Source of the DNA: Octopus sinensis
Lineage: Eukaryota
Assembly: GCF_006345805.1 (NCBI RefSeq)
Contig: NC_043000.1
Span: 34,348,001 to 34,412,000, forward strand
DNA length: 64,000 bases
Reading direction: 5' to 3'
Shown here: one piece after another, positions 1 to 12,788 of the stretch
Numbering within the stretch: the first letter of the stretch is position 1
Layout of the letters: every line of letters starts with the position of its first letter
Translations under genes and position numbers: made by a program
Notes under the pieces: generated by a model
Told to the model about the DNA's origin: nothing
Seen by the model: the letters and a program-made list of their open reading frames with translations, nothing else
Databases searched by the model: none

Positions 1-149
1 GCCCTTATTTATAGTTTAACCTTTAAAGGTGTTTTTTAATATGCTGGCCATTGATAAAACTTTTTTTCGAAAAAATTTTATCCTACATTAAATATAGATT
101 TAATAATGTTCACTTCCGGACTCTCTCACTCTGTGAGAGTTTCAGTTCA

Positions 150-645
150 AATCGCACGTGTCTTGAATGGGCTGGATTGCAAAGGAGTAATTCACTTTGA
201 ATTGTTACCATCTAATGCAACAATCAATGCTCAAGTCTACTGTCAGCAATTGGAGCGTTTGAACCAAGCTTTGAAAAAAAACAGAGCCGCTTTAGTGAAT
301 CGAAAAGGACTGATGTTTCATCAGGACAATACGTAACCCCACACTGTAAAGATCACATCACAGAAGATCGAAGAGCTTGGTTGGGAAAAAATTCCTCATC
401 CACCTTATTTTCCCGACCTTACTTCTTCAGACTACCATTTGTTTCGTAGTTTCCAGAATCATTTGGTGGACATAACTTTCGCAAGCCAGGAGGAGGTCGA
501 AACTTACATTTCAGAGTTCTTCGCTTTGAAACCAAAAGGGTTTAACGCTGATGGTATTAAAAAGCTTGTAAATAGATGGAAGGAAGTCATAGATAATCAG
601 GGAAAGTACATTGATGATGAAATTTCAATTAAATATAACATTTGA
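150..645 (+). mobile_element. mariner (DD34D) transposase C-terminal remnant
   Basis: Translation gives GVIHFELL...FHQDN and HPPYFPDLTSSDYHLFRS (HPPYSPDLAPSDY motif) with a stop; same family as 43141-45705. Confidence 0.9.
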
Positions 646-689
646 TCACTTGTTTTCTTTATTCAAAATTCACAACACATAAATACACT

Positions 690-900
690 GCAACACAATT
701 TCTTTTCCTTAACAGGCCTTGCCCTATTTAACATTGTCCCAAAAGAAATCAAAGAGGAAAAAGATCCCATCATCTTTAAACGGAATCTGGACAAATTTCT
801 TTAAGGAATACCAGATAAGTCACCTATATCTGGTTGCAATTCACTCAACAAGAACTTCCAACTTGAATGGGCAATGATACCACAAAACTTGACTTAAAAA
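690..900 (+). mobile_element. CR1-like LINE 3' remnant
   Basis: Degenerate LFNIVPKEIKEEKDPIIFKRNLDKFL, typical of a CR1 ORF2 C-terminus. Confidence 0.55.
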
Positions 901-962
901 GGATTTAGCATCAGGTGGTATTATTAAGTTAGACATGGCCTGGACCAGTCTTTGGTCGAAAC

Positions 963-993
<31 letters not shown>

Positions 994-1914
994 TGTATGT
1001 ATGTATGTATGTATGTATGATGTATGTATGTATGTATGTATGCATAGGATGTGTGTATGTGTATGTGCGGAGGTACGTATGTATATATGTACATGTTTAT
1101 ACGCGTGCGAGTGTGTATCTGTATGTATGAGTGCGAGTGCATCTATGAATGCGCATCAACTGAAATACTCAGGAAGTTTCACTGTTAACAATGCAGCGCA
1201 ATTTAAACCCACAACGTTTTGTAACAAGGTGTGAGGGGCGTGTGCATCAGAAGGACAATAGAAAAAGAAATATAAAGGACAGTGACTGTCTAGTGGCGGT
1301 AGTAGTAATAGTAGTAGTAACGTATAAGGTCAACGAGTGTGAATAAAGTTCACGGTGAGGTGAAAGAGAAACGAAAGCTTGTATTGTTGTTGTTATTCTT
1401 TCTTGAGCCGCCGCCGTCTCCACCGCTGCAGCTGTTGTTGTTTTTCTTGTAATTCTTAAGTATCAATGTTTAGTTATTGCTGCTTCCAGAAGCGTTTTTG
1501 TTTTTCGCTTTTATCCCCTCACCAAATTCCGACCAATCAGATTTTCCAAAAATTCGTTCCCCACCCCATTTCATGCACATCTGTTTCTATAAAGTTATCT
1601 GTTTTTGCCTCCTTTTCTCCTCGTTTGCTTTAACTGCTCGTTCCCCCACCACCCCGTTATCACCCCAACCCATATGAAAATTATTGCATTTTTGTTTTTA
1701 TCTATTTATTTCTTGCCACCCGCTTGTAACCGGTGAGCAGAAGGACTTGTCTGCTGTTCATTTGTGCAACCCATCTCAGTGGCGAGTACCTCTTCCCATT
1801 CTTTCACGTGACGAGACAGTTCTAGTGAATCGCAATTACAGAATGTTAAGCTGTGATGATGGTCAACAGATGAGTAATCAAAGTAATGGAGTGATTTAAG
1901 CTACAACTCTATAT

Positions 1915-2650
1915 GTGTGGCGACATAAGAGGAACTTAGTCTGGCTGGTTTACAGGAAAGCATTCGATTCTATTCCCCAGTCGTGGATGCTAGAAGCCCT
2001 TCAACTTTCTAAAGTTCCAGATACTTTAATCAAGGCCAGAGGCAACCTGACTTCGTCCTGGGCCACCATTCTGAATACAGGAAGTGCTCCTATTGTCACT
2101 GATAAGATACAAGGGGACAATCTCTCTGTTGAAGGGTCAGGGAGCAAGAAAAGAAGTGCGCCCTTCTAAATAATGTTATTGCGCCATTTTCTCCTGGAAT
2201 TGTTTTCCCTTCTGACCTTGCGCCTTCCCTTCGAAAAACTCCTGAGACTTTGCCTGTGTGATGTTCGTTATACATTTAGTGATTCCCTCTCCTTTCTAGT
2301 TAAGAAATCAGATTGATATAGGATTGCCTGTCAAGAAGATAGAAACACCAATCCAACACGTTGCTTCTATATCCAAAGAATATGGATGGTCTGCAAAGAA
2401 TATGGATGGTCTGCAAAGAATACGGATGGTCTGCAAAGAATATGGATGGTCTGCAATGAATATGGATGGTCTGCAAAGAATACGGATGGTCTGCAAAGAA
2501 TATGGATGGTCTGCAAAGAATATGGATGGCATGAAGAAAAGTTTATTCTCGTCTACAAAATTCTCAAAGAATATAGGGATGGTGTTCGGTCAGTCTAAAT
2601 TCTCCTCAATGGCTGTAAAACGTGAGAAATACAAACCGTCCGAAATTCAA
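1915..2650 (+). mobile_element. degenerate non-LTR RT fragment, R4/Dong-like
   Basis: NLVWLVYRKAFDSIPQSW and IQGDNLS resemble RT motifs of the AWIDYKKAYDSVPHSW / QGDxLS type. Confidence 0.5.
2374..2529. repeat. 20-bp minisatellite (CAAAGAATATGGATGGTCTG) x ~7.8
   Basis: Directly visible tandem units with no spacers. Confidence 0.95.
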
Positions 2651-2886
2651 AAGATCATCACGCATTGTGCCACTGTCACATTTTGTGTCACACACTGTGT
2701 CACGCTGATTCTTCCTCAGATTTACTTTATGTGAGCGCATTTCTATGGAATACTCAACCGCTCACAGCTGAAACAAATGAAGTCTCATTGTCGAAACCGA
2801 TGTAAATTCATCCATTTTTCTACCTGCATATGTACGTGTACATATACAGTCGTATGTATGTATGTATTTTCTCTCAGAAAATACTC

Positions 2887-3283
2887 ATTTCTATTCTAGA
2901 CACAAGGCCCGAAATTTTGGGGGAGGGAGCCAGTCAATTAGATCGACCCCAGTACACAACTGGTACTTAATTTATCGACCTCGAAAGTACGAATGGCGAA
3001 GTCAACCTCAGCGGAATTTGAACTAAGAACATATAGACAGACGAAATACCTATTTCTTTACTACCCACAAGGGGCTAAACACAGAGGGGACAAAGAAGGA
3101 CAGACAAACGGATTAAGTCGATTACATCGACCCCAGTGCGTAACTGGTACTTATTTAATCGACCCCGAAAGGATGAAAGGCAAAGTCGACCTTGGCGGAA
3201 TTTGAACTCAGAACGTAGCGGCAGACGAAATACTGCTAAGCATTTCGCCCGGCGTGCTAACGATTCTGTCAGCTCGCCGCCTT
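2887..3283 (-). mobile_element. dimeric tRNA-derived SINE (family A full monomer plus partial second monomer with a different tail)
   Basis: Head GGCGGCGAGCTG..., B-box GAGTTCAAATTCC, duplicated GCCTTTCATCCTTTCGGGGTCGAT core; 13-bp TSD TCAGAAAATACTC at 2874-2886 and 3284-3296. Confidence 0.85.
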
Positions 3284-3837
3284 TCAGAAAATACTCTCTT
3301 GATAGTGAACTCGAAGGAGAACAACATTTATATGCAATTTTGTACATTGTTGAAAATATCAAATACAACTAATTTTGGGATGTAAGGTCTGTTTCAATAA
3401 CGGATTACCTAGATTAGTTCGTTGGATTTTAGATACAAGACGAAACTTGAAGAATTTTACCTCGTTTTATTCTGTTCAAGGTTAGAGAAACAGAGGCTGG
3501 TTCTCTTTTATCTTTTCTGAATTTCTTCGATACTTACTGATCATTTTTATTATAACGTGTCTAATGTCAAAGAGAATTTTTATTGCTGTCTTTGAGCTGT
3601 CTCTGCCTAAAGTATCTTCATCTTTATTTATATCAATTTATCTCTCAGTTCCTCTCACTCCTTGTGCTTCTCTTATCTCTCCGTTCTTCTCTCTCTCAAT
3701 TTACATCGATCTCTCTCCTCCTCTCACTGTCTGCGCTTCTCGTTTCTCTACGTTTACCCCTTTCTGTCTCTTCATCTCCATTTACATCGATCTCATCCTC
3801 CCCCCTTTTCTCCGTGTTTCTTCTGACTACCTCTACT

Positions 3838-3879
<42 letters not shown>

Positions 3880-4169
3880 TCGCTCTCTCTACTTCTTCCT
3901 GTCCTCTCTTCCTCCCAATCTCAGCAACATAGACGTCAGCAAAGCCACCGACACCAGAGACAGCATTGCCTTTAAAACCCAAAGAAACCGGAAGCTTCAG
4001 AAAATGAAAACAATGAAGGATCACCACCAATCAGCCTGATCACGGAATTCCGAAGAACTTTGGTTTTCACCGAACTATTGTTCAAATAGAAAGAAAAAGA
4101 ACGAATTTATTCGTCCATATGTCCTTGTTAAGCACTTACTGGATGATAGTATACTCAAAAAGGAGGATA

Positions 4170-5890
4170 AAAATCGAAATAAAGGTAACTGATGTAATAT
4201 TGACCTTTGATACAATGAGCTTAAACTCCGCCACTGGCCCTGATGGATTTCCAGCTATTTTCCCTCTCCAACCCCACAAAATGTAAAGGGACCCTAGCAA
4301 GACCATTGCAGTTCCTTATCCAAAGCATCCTTGAAAGTGGAAAACTGCGCAGAAAGCTAAAGGAAGTTTACTTCCCGAACTGTAACAGCTGGGTTTGCTT
4401 CAACAACGGCTGCCAATGCATCAGGATCGAACCCATTTGGGAGCTCTTTTCTTGATTCATCCTGCAGGCTGTAGCCCCAGTTTCTGAACCGTGAAAACCA
4501 TCATCTGCATGTTTTTTCAGTCACTAAGCCATCACCATAAGAGTTGTAACGAAAGTTCTATCAACTTTTTAAAAGTAAATATTTGGTTAGATTTAAAAGT
4601 GTTTAACCTTTTAATTCTATTTAAAATGCGATGAAATCATTGATATATCATGTTCTTTAATTTTTTTTCAGATTTTTTCAATTTTGTCACACTTAAAGTT
4701 GCTGTATTGGCCTCCATGTTCACTCTACGCATAGAATATATCCGTATCATTATTCTTTATGAATTTCAAAACGGGAATAGTGCAAGCGGAGCAGCAAAAT
4801 CCTTTCAAAACTCTTATGGTGATGGCTTAGTGACTGAAAAAACATGCAGATGATGGTTTTCACGGTTCAGAAACTGGGGCTACAGCCTACAGGATGAATC
4901 AAGAAAAGAGCTCCCAAATGGGTTCGATCCTGATGCATTGGCAGCCGTTGTTGAAGCAAACCCAACTGTTACAGTTCGGGAACTAAACACGGGCTTCAAC
5001 GTGAACCGTATCACAATTCTCCGTGAAGTGAAAAAGCTTGGTAAGGTGTCAAACGGTTGGAAACGGGGCCCACATGGTTTCTCTGCTGACGATCGCAAAC
5101 AACGTGTTGACTGCTGTGCATCATAGCGATCTCGTGCGTTGCAAATGCCTTTTTTTAACAGAGTCGCTACTGGAGATGAAAAATGGAGGATACTTTACCA
5201 TAATGTTAAACGAAAATGCCAGTGACTCAATCGTGGTGAAGAGCCAGCCCAGCAGCCCAGGAGTGGTCTGCATCCGAGAAAAGTTCTTCTGAATGTATGG
5301 TGGGATATGCGTGGAATAATTCATCACGATCTGCCAGACGATAATAAAACAATGACAGCCAACAGCTAACAGGTTTGAATGCAGCTTTGCAGCATAAAAG
5401 TCCATCATTAGCAAACAGAGATGGAGTTAGCCTCCATCATGATTAACATTAAATCTCACGTTGCACAAAAGACCAAAAGATATCCTAGAAAAATATGCCT
5501 GGGAAATTATGCATCACCCACCATATTCACCAGACCTCGCACTTACAGATTACCATTTCTTTACAAGTTTAGAAAATCCTTTGAATGGATTAATACTTGG
5601 TTCAAGAGCAGAAGTTGAAAATGAGTGTAATTTACTTTTTCACTTGTAAACTTAAGGAATTTTATGAAGTTGGCATTAGAAAGCTCATTGAAAGATGGAC
5701 AGAGGTCATAGAAAAGAATGGTGACTCTATGGACAATTAAATAAATTACATACTGTTTTTCTTTTATTCTTTTACTGAGCCTTAAAAAAATGGACAGAAC
5801 TTTCGTTACAACCTGATATGCCCTCTCTATAAAGGAGGAAGCAGAGCAGATGTTAAGAACTATAGGCCTGTCTCTCTAACTTCCCGTGTC
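4170..5890 (+). mobile_element. CR1-like RT fragment split by a mariner insertion
   Basis: SATGPDGFPAI...LARPLQFLIQSILESGK before 4365 resumes as ICPLYKGGSRADVKNYRPVSLTS after 5816. Confidence 0.75.
4543..5816 (+). mobile_element. near full-length degenerate mariner
   Basis: TIRs GTTGTAACGAAAGTTCT / AGAACTTTCGTTACAACCTGA followed by TA; motifs TGDEKW and HPPYSPDLALTDYH with stops and frameshifts. Confidence 0.9.
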
Positions 5891-6309
5891 AGTCACCATA
5901 CGAATTAGCCCTTTCTCCGCCGCAGATTGAACAAATGAACAACCTTAATCGATTTTCGAAAGGGTACCTGTAAACGTATGTACCTACATATATACGTCTG
6001 CATGTGTGCGAGTGTGTGTGTGTACATATATCTGTATATCTATGTATGTGTGTGTTAAATGTATATTTATGTATTTATATTTTTACGTGTATATATTTAT
6101 ACTGTATTTTTAGTTCATACTTTTTACTGTCTCAGTTTTCGATTTTTTCACTTTTCATTCTTCTCATTTTCATTCCTTTTCATTCTTTCTAATTATCTTT
6201 CTAATTATCTTCCTTTTTCGCCTGCAATTTTGTCTCCCTTTATCATCAAATCATCAACTTTTGACCCCGCCCTAGCACCATCACCACCACTCAGCCAAAA
6301 GCTATATTG

Positions 6310-6708
6310 TTTTCTAATCTAGGCACAAGGCCCGGAATTTTTAGGGAGGTAACCAGTCGATTAGATCGACCCCAGTACGCAACTGGTACTTAATTTATCG
6401 ACCCCGGAAGTATGAATGGCAAAGTCGACCTCGGCGGAATTTGAACTCAGAATGTAACGGCAGACGAAATACCTATTTCTTTACGACCTACAAGGGGCTA
6501 AACACAGAGTGGACAAACAAGGACAGACAAACGGATTAAGTCGATTACATCGACCCCAGTGCGTAACTGGTACTTATTTAATCGACCCCGAGAGGATGAA
6601 AGGCAAAGTTGACCTTGGCGGAATTTGAACTCAGAACGTTGCGGCAGACGAAATACCGCTAAGCATTTCGCCCGGCGTGGTAACGTCTCTGCCAGCTCGC
6701 CGCCTTTA
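6310..6708 (-). mobile_element. dimeric tRNA-derived SINE, second copy
   Basis: Same architecture and junction as 2887-3283; 15-bp TSD CCAAAAGCTATATTG at 6295-6309 and 6709-6723. Confidence 0.85.
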
Positions 6709-7624
6709 CCAAAAGCTATATTGGATGCATCGTTCATTACGCCATATTTACAGACATGTGAACGTTAAGCCGTCCCTTCACCTCTTCCTCTACCTTATCA
6801 TTTTTATTCTTATTTCCCGCTTGATTCTTTATCCTTTCTCTTTCCCTCTTTACCTCTTTCTTTTTTTTCTTGCCTTTCCTTTCATTTTTCTTTTATTATA
6901 ATTTTTATTTCTTTACTTATATTTAATCTCAACTACAGCGTTTAACCTTCAATTTCAAATTTTTTTTCTTTTGACTTGCTTCTATTAAATTCTTTTTATT
7001 CCTTAGCAATTTTCATTTCTTCACATAATCTATTTCATTCTGTATATTTTTTCACTCGCTTTTGCACAAAGTTGTTTCTAATCAACCATTGCTTATATTT
7101 CTACTACGGTGAGATCCCACTTGCAGCTAATTTTACACCGCTATTTTTTAAAATTAGTTATCCAATCAGATTTAAATGCTTATGCGTTGAAATGATATCC
7201 AAAAATGATTATATATACTCACAATTTATAAAATTCCATTGCTCTGTACCATCACAATTGTCTCATGAACGGTCACGTGAAACTCTGAGCAACAATTTGT
7301 AAAGTCCTTTTCGGCTTCGATAAAATAGTATTTTACTGTGGCTTTGATTTTCCAGTATTATTCTTCTCACCTTGTTTTGCATCTATGTGCAAATGCTGAT
7401 GCAGAGCAGCGACGACTGAATCGCTGCGCCGGGAATCAAAGTCCTCAATGTAAGTGTCCCATGACTGTGTCTTTTAATCAGTTTACTGCTCTGTTTCCAA
7501 CGATGTTCACGTCCACTTCTGCTGTTACACATGTGGCTTTTCTCTCTCTGTCTCTCTCCTCTCTCCTTCTCTCTCTCTCGCTTCCTTTATATATATATAT
7601 ATATATATAATATATCGGATGCAG

Positions 7625-7709
<85 letters not shown>

Positions 7710-7808
7710 GTTATATATATATATATAATACTAATACATTTGTTTGTTTGTACTCCACCTGCCTTCGTCTTTTGTTTATTTTCGTAAACTTTCCTTTATA
7801 TATATATA

Positions 7809-7849
<41 letters not shown>

Positions 7850-7880
7850 GTGTTTACATGGAAAAATGTATGTATGTATG

Positions 7881-7925
<45 letters not shown>

Positions 7926-8212
7926 GTAATAATATAGGGTGAAATTAATTAATTTGGATAATCATTAATTTCACCAAGTAGATTTCGGCATGTAAAAGCC
8001 TCATTCGAGGAAAGTTTAAGTAATACTAAGTAATTAAGGGTTTAGCAACGATTTGCCTCACCACACACCGAATTTAGAAATAGCAGTCAAAGAGTTATGG
8101 TTATTCTTTCTACTAAAAGGGAGATCTCAGTAAAACCACAGCACTTGAAAGGCAAACACAGACAGGCAAGAGAGAAAGAAATGACGGCAATCTATCATAC
8201 AATTTTAAGTCA

Positions 8213-8303
8213 CCTACGGACGTACGTTTCGAAATTAAGTTTTAGGAAAGCATAAGAATTAGATAATTATGTCTTACCCAACTTCTTTTCTCATCAGCGT
8301 AGG
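8213..8303 (-). ncRNA. type I hammerhead ribozyme motif
   Basis: Minus strand: CCTACG-CTGATGA-G...C-GAAA-C-GTAC-G-TC-CGTAGG; stem I CCTACG/CGTAGG, intact core, palindromic minimal stem III, GUC cleavage triplet. Confidence 0.75.
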
Positions 8304-8563
8304 ACACTACAATTATGAATAATTGTATATTAAATTTCGAGGTACTAGAAGGCATCATCTCAACTCGGTATCAGAGCGAGCTAAAGCCGTTACCAGTATC
8401 ACCAAATTCAAAGTGTGAATGAAAGTTTGTGTCACCAACCCCCTCCCACCAGCGTGTAGCCAAGACAAGATGTTGTGGTCATTTACTGGGATGAAATATG
8501 GTTATCAGTAATAATATAGGGTGAAATTAATTAATTGGAATAATCATTAATTTCACCAATTTA

Positions 8564-8634
<71 letters not shown>

Positions 8635-8699
8635 TATACATATATATGCATATATGCATATATCCAAACATGCACGCACAAACGCATAAACACACACAT

Positions 8700-8975
8700 A
8701 TAGGTATGTATGCATTTATGTATGTATGTATGTATGTATGTATGTATGTATGTATGTATGTATGTATGTGCGTGTGTATGTATGAATGTATGTATGTATG
8801 TATATATGTATGTATGTATGTATGTATATATGTATGTATGTATGTATGTGTGTGTGTGTGCATGTATGTATGTATGTATGTATGTATGTATGTATGTATG
8901 TATGTATGTATGTATGTATGTGTGTGCGTGTATGTATGTATGTATGTATGTGTGTGTGTGTGTTTGTGTGTGTAA
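8700..8975. repeat. (TATG)n/(TG)n microsatellite, representative of many TA, TATG, CA, GA, CAT and TAT tracts in the window
   Basis: Directly visible. Confidence 0.95.
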
Positions 8976-10008
8976 AAGTTTCCCTCGGCAAAATGAAAGG
9001 AATTAATCCCATAAATATTTATTACTTTTTATTATTTTTTAAATTTTGTTTCGAAATTTTAAAATTTTTGCTACTTTTTGTCCATTAAAATAAAAAGTGT
9101 GTAAACAGTAAACGCACGCGCACACACACGCTGGTTTTACCAAAAAAGCGATGTTGTATCAGTTTATCCCATCGCTGGATTAAGCAGCAGATTAAAATAA
9201 AAGCTGGAGGTCGCTAAGGTCGACGCAAAACCCATGAAGGTGCCGTCCAGTTTTACCAAAATCTAATGACTGCATGAATAATAAAAGACTATACAGAAAT
9301 GTGTGCGTGTTTGTGTTCACATATATCTATATATATATGCATGTATATATGTATGTCTGTATATATGTATGTGTGTGTCTGTGTATGGATGTGGTATATG
9401 TAAGTATATGTATATATGTATATATGTATGTACGAATGTACGCATGCACCACCTTTTCTGCCAGATGGCTTTTTGATGCATCTAGAGGTGGACCAAAATT
9501 TATATGTAGGAATATTTATATACACCACTCTCTCTCTCTCTCTCTTTCTCTCTTTACCCTCTCCTCACTCCCTTTATATCTACCCGCGTGGTATGTGTGT
9601 ATCTGCAGTTGAATGCATGTCTGTATGTGTGTGTCTTTATGAGTATTGTATTGTATTATAATGCTGTTTACATTTGAAAATACTTCCCATAAAGCTAATC
9701 CAAAAGACATGTAGGATTTTCCTATATTGGAAATAGAATTATGAATCGATAATAGTCCATTAGAAAGAGATTATGTTGCAAGTATATTTTCGGAGCGAAA
9801 ACTTGAGCCACAATACGCAAACGTTTATCTAAAGTTTAAGGTAAATTATAAGAAAATATTAGATGTTATATTCTGGCTATTTAAATAAATAGCATGATGC
9901 CTACTGACAAACGTTTTGTCTAGATTACAAGAGAGAAGAGAGATACACGCCAACATACTCTTGCAGTTTAACATCTATACATAAATATATGTGTATATAC
10001 ATATATGC

Positions 10009-10054
<46 letters not shown>

Positions 10055-10108
10055 TATATATATATTATATATGTATGTATGTATGTACGTGTATATATAT
10101 ATGTATTC

Positions 10109-10163
<55 letters not shown>

Positions 10164-10165
10164 CA

Positions 10166-10202
<37 letters not shown>

Positions 10203-11348
10203 GAATACATATATATATATACATGTACATACATACATATATATATAATATATATATATACATACGTATGTTATATATATATATATACACATACGTATGT
10301 ATGTTTGTATATTTATATGAATATATGTGTGTGTATATATATGTATTATATATGTGCATATATATGCATATATATGCATATACATACACATATATGCATA
10401 CATATAAATATATGTATGTGTTTGTGTGAGAGTGTGTGTGTGTGTGTGTGGTGTGTGTGTGTGTGTGTAAGTTTGCATCTTAAATACACACACACACACA
10501 CACATATGTACATGGAACGTTATACTTGTTACACTTGCAAAATTTTCAAACGACTCTTGCACAATTTGTGTGAACTGCAGTAAAACTGTATAATATTGTC
10601 GCTTAGTCAGAGGTGAATAATGGAAGGAGAAAAAGGAGAAAGCGAAAAAGAGGATATGAAGGAAGGGAAAGAAAAACGAAACACCCCTAACCGTTTCAGC
10701 TATTCATGTAGCAAGAGTAGGCAAGGTTTAATGATTTTGTTGTCCTGATTCTCCTGTCTAGAGCGAGAAAGAGCGAGAGAGAGAAAGTTGGCAATGTTCA
10801 GAAGCAGACGATAATAACGCCAGTCTTTGAGTTTGAAAATCTTAATGTTGTTTGTGTGAAGCTGTTGGACGTTTGTAATTGGGCAGAAAACGTAGGGAAA
10901 CAGGGTTCTGAAAAGTAATATTTGAACATGTTTCGAGTATAGCAACGATGGTAAGAGTAGATCGGGATGGTGCATAAGGAAAAATTGTTAATGTGAATCT
11001 CACAAACAGACTCCATGGTTTTTTTTTTTGGTTTTTTTTTGTGATATTTAACTCTTAATGAACGGTCTTCGTTCCATCATTAATTTTACGGTTTGAAGTG
11101 GACAAAAGCATTGTTTCCGCTGAAAACGAGGATGGTTTATCGTTGGTGGTATTTTATCCTTTTGATTTATGTCTTTTACATGTTTCAGTCATTAGACTTC
11201 GGCCATGCTGGGGCACCACCTTAAAGAGTTTTTAGTCGAACGAATCGATCCAGGTATCCTGGTACTTATTCTATCAGTACTTTTGCTGAACCGATATGTT
11301 ACAGGGATGTAAACTAATCAACATCGGCTTTCAAGCGGTAGTTGGGGA

Positions 11349-11387
<39 letters not shown>

Positions 11388-11392
11388 GTGTT

Positions 11393-11424
<32 letters not shown>

Positions 11425-11439
11425 ATATACATGTGTGTG

Positions 11440-11839
11440 TAGGAGTGGCTGTGAGGCTTACCAACCACATGGTTCCGGGTTCAGTCCCACTGCCTTGGCA
11501 CCTTGGGCAGGTGTCTTCTACTATAGCCTCGGGCCGACCAGAGCCTTATGAGTGTATTTGGTAGACGGAAACTGAAAGAAGCCCGTCTTATATATATGTA
11601 TATATATATGTGTGTGTGTGTGTGTGTTGTGTGTGTGTGTTTGTGTGTCCGTCTTTGCCCCCCTCCCAACATCACTTGACAACCGATGCTGGTGTGTTTA
11701 TGTCCCCGTAACTTAGCGGTTCGGCAAAAGAGACCGATAGAATAAGTACTAGGCTTACAAAGACTAGGCTTGCTCGACTAAAGGCGGTGCTCCAGCATGG
11801 CCACAGTCAAATGACTGAAACAAGTAAAAGAGTAAAAGA

Positions 11840-11840
<1 letters not shown>
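11440..11840 (+). mobile_element. CORE-like tRNA SINE (family B) with internal microsatellite and constant 3' module
   Basis: GGTTCAGTCCC B-box, CACCTTGGGCAGGTGTC CORE-like motif, TA/TG tract, then module ending CAAATGACTGAAACAAGTAAAAGA; repeated at 24367 and 52205. Confidence 0.8.
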
Positions 11841-11897
<57 letters not shown>

Positions 11898-11929
11898 GAT
11901 GATGATGATGATTTTTCTCATATATCTTG

Positions 11930-12520
11930 TAGAAACCGATGTTACAAAATGCAAAACTATAAAACTGGAAACTCCTAATGGTGTAAAAGATGATATTTTG
12001 TCTGGAAAATTCAAAAGAACTTTTAATAATAATTGGAGTAATTGTTGTGTTGCTGGAAGACCACTTAAGCCATTGAAAACTAAATTAACAATTAAAGATG
12101 GCATTTTGTGTAATGTAGTATAACTAATTTTACCAAACTGTTTAATATGTTAGCATTAAAAGCCGTCTGTGAGGATGTATAATGTGGAATTGGTTTCAAT
12201 TAGAAGAACGATGACCGACTACTTTGAAGGTGTGGAGCGACGTTTAAGAAAACATTCAACGTGTTTTAGAATAAAACTGGAATTGTCCCTCGCATGGTAT
12301 GGCTATTACCTGAGAAAATTAAAGCATGGCTACCAGTGAATAGGAAATATAATTATGCCAAAAAGTTAGGACTGTTTTTAATTGTTGATGCAGAACTTTA
12401 GATGATCAAAAGTTACAGAAATTAAGAATAAAGAAGAAGAAATAGTTTGAAAAGTGTCTACAGAAATATTAGATAAGGATTATTTGCCAACATAACATGG
12501 AAGTCCTGGTTTAGGACGAA
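11930..12520 (+). mobile_element. possible highly degenerate Ty3/Gypsy pol remnant
   Basis: Fragments LTIKDGILC and GLFLIVDA resemble the RNaseH-integrase linker and integrase core; many stops. Confidence 0.35.
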
Positions 12521-12788
12521 TATTGCTGTAATTTAGCCCCAGGAGACATCGTTTCCAGTTGGCTATACGACACGATCTGTGTTCTTATATTTTCGAATAC
12601 ACGCACACGTCTATATACGCGCATACCCGCACACACGCGCACATCCACAAGCGCGCACAAAAGATTCCATATACACGTCTATATACGCACAGGGAAAAAT
12701 GCAGGGTGGAAGGTAGAATACAGAAAAATTACGTGTAAAAAATATATAAGCAATAAACCTATAAACCAAGAATCAATCAAAATTATTG

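Noticed and set aside
2374-2529. Regular short repeats resembling a CRISPR array
   Set aside because: No unique spacers, no cas genes, eukaryotic context
2874-2886. SINE TSD TCAGAAAATACTC shares AATACTC with the Tx1 TSD
   Set aside because: The SINE is on the opposite strand, so the motif is in the wrong orientation relative to the element; other SINE TSDs lack it
3925-4040. Possible plus-strand exon after a polypyrimidine tract and CAG
   Set aside because: The tract is a CT microsatellite; no recognisable peptide and no donor
7356-7449. Candidate 94-nt plus-strand exon (ttttccag ... gtaagt)
   Set aside because: Good splice motifs but no recognisable peptide or partner exons; needs RNA-seq
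10700-11016. Non-repetitive minus-strand ORFs of 72-91 aa
   Set aside because: No recognisable domain or splice structure
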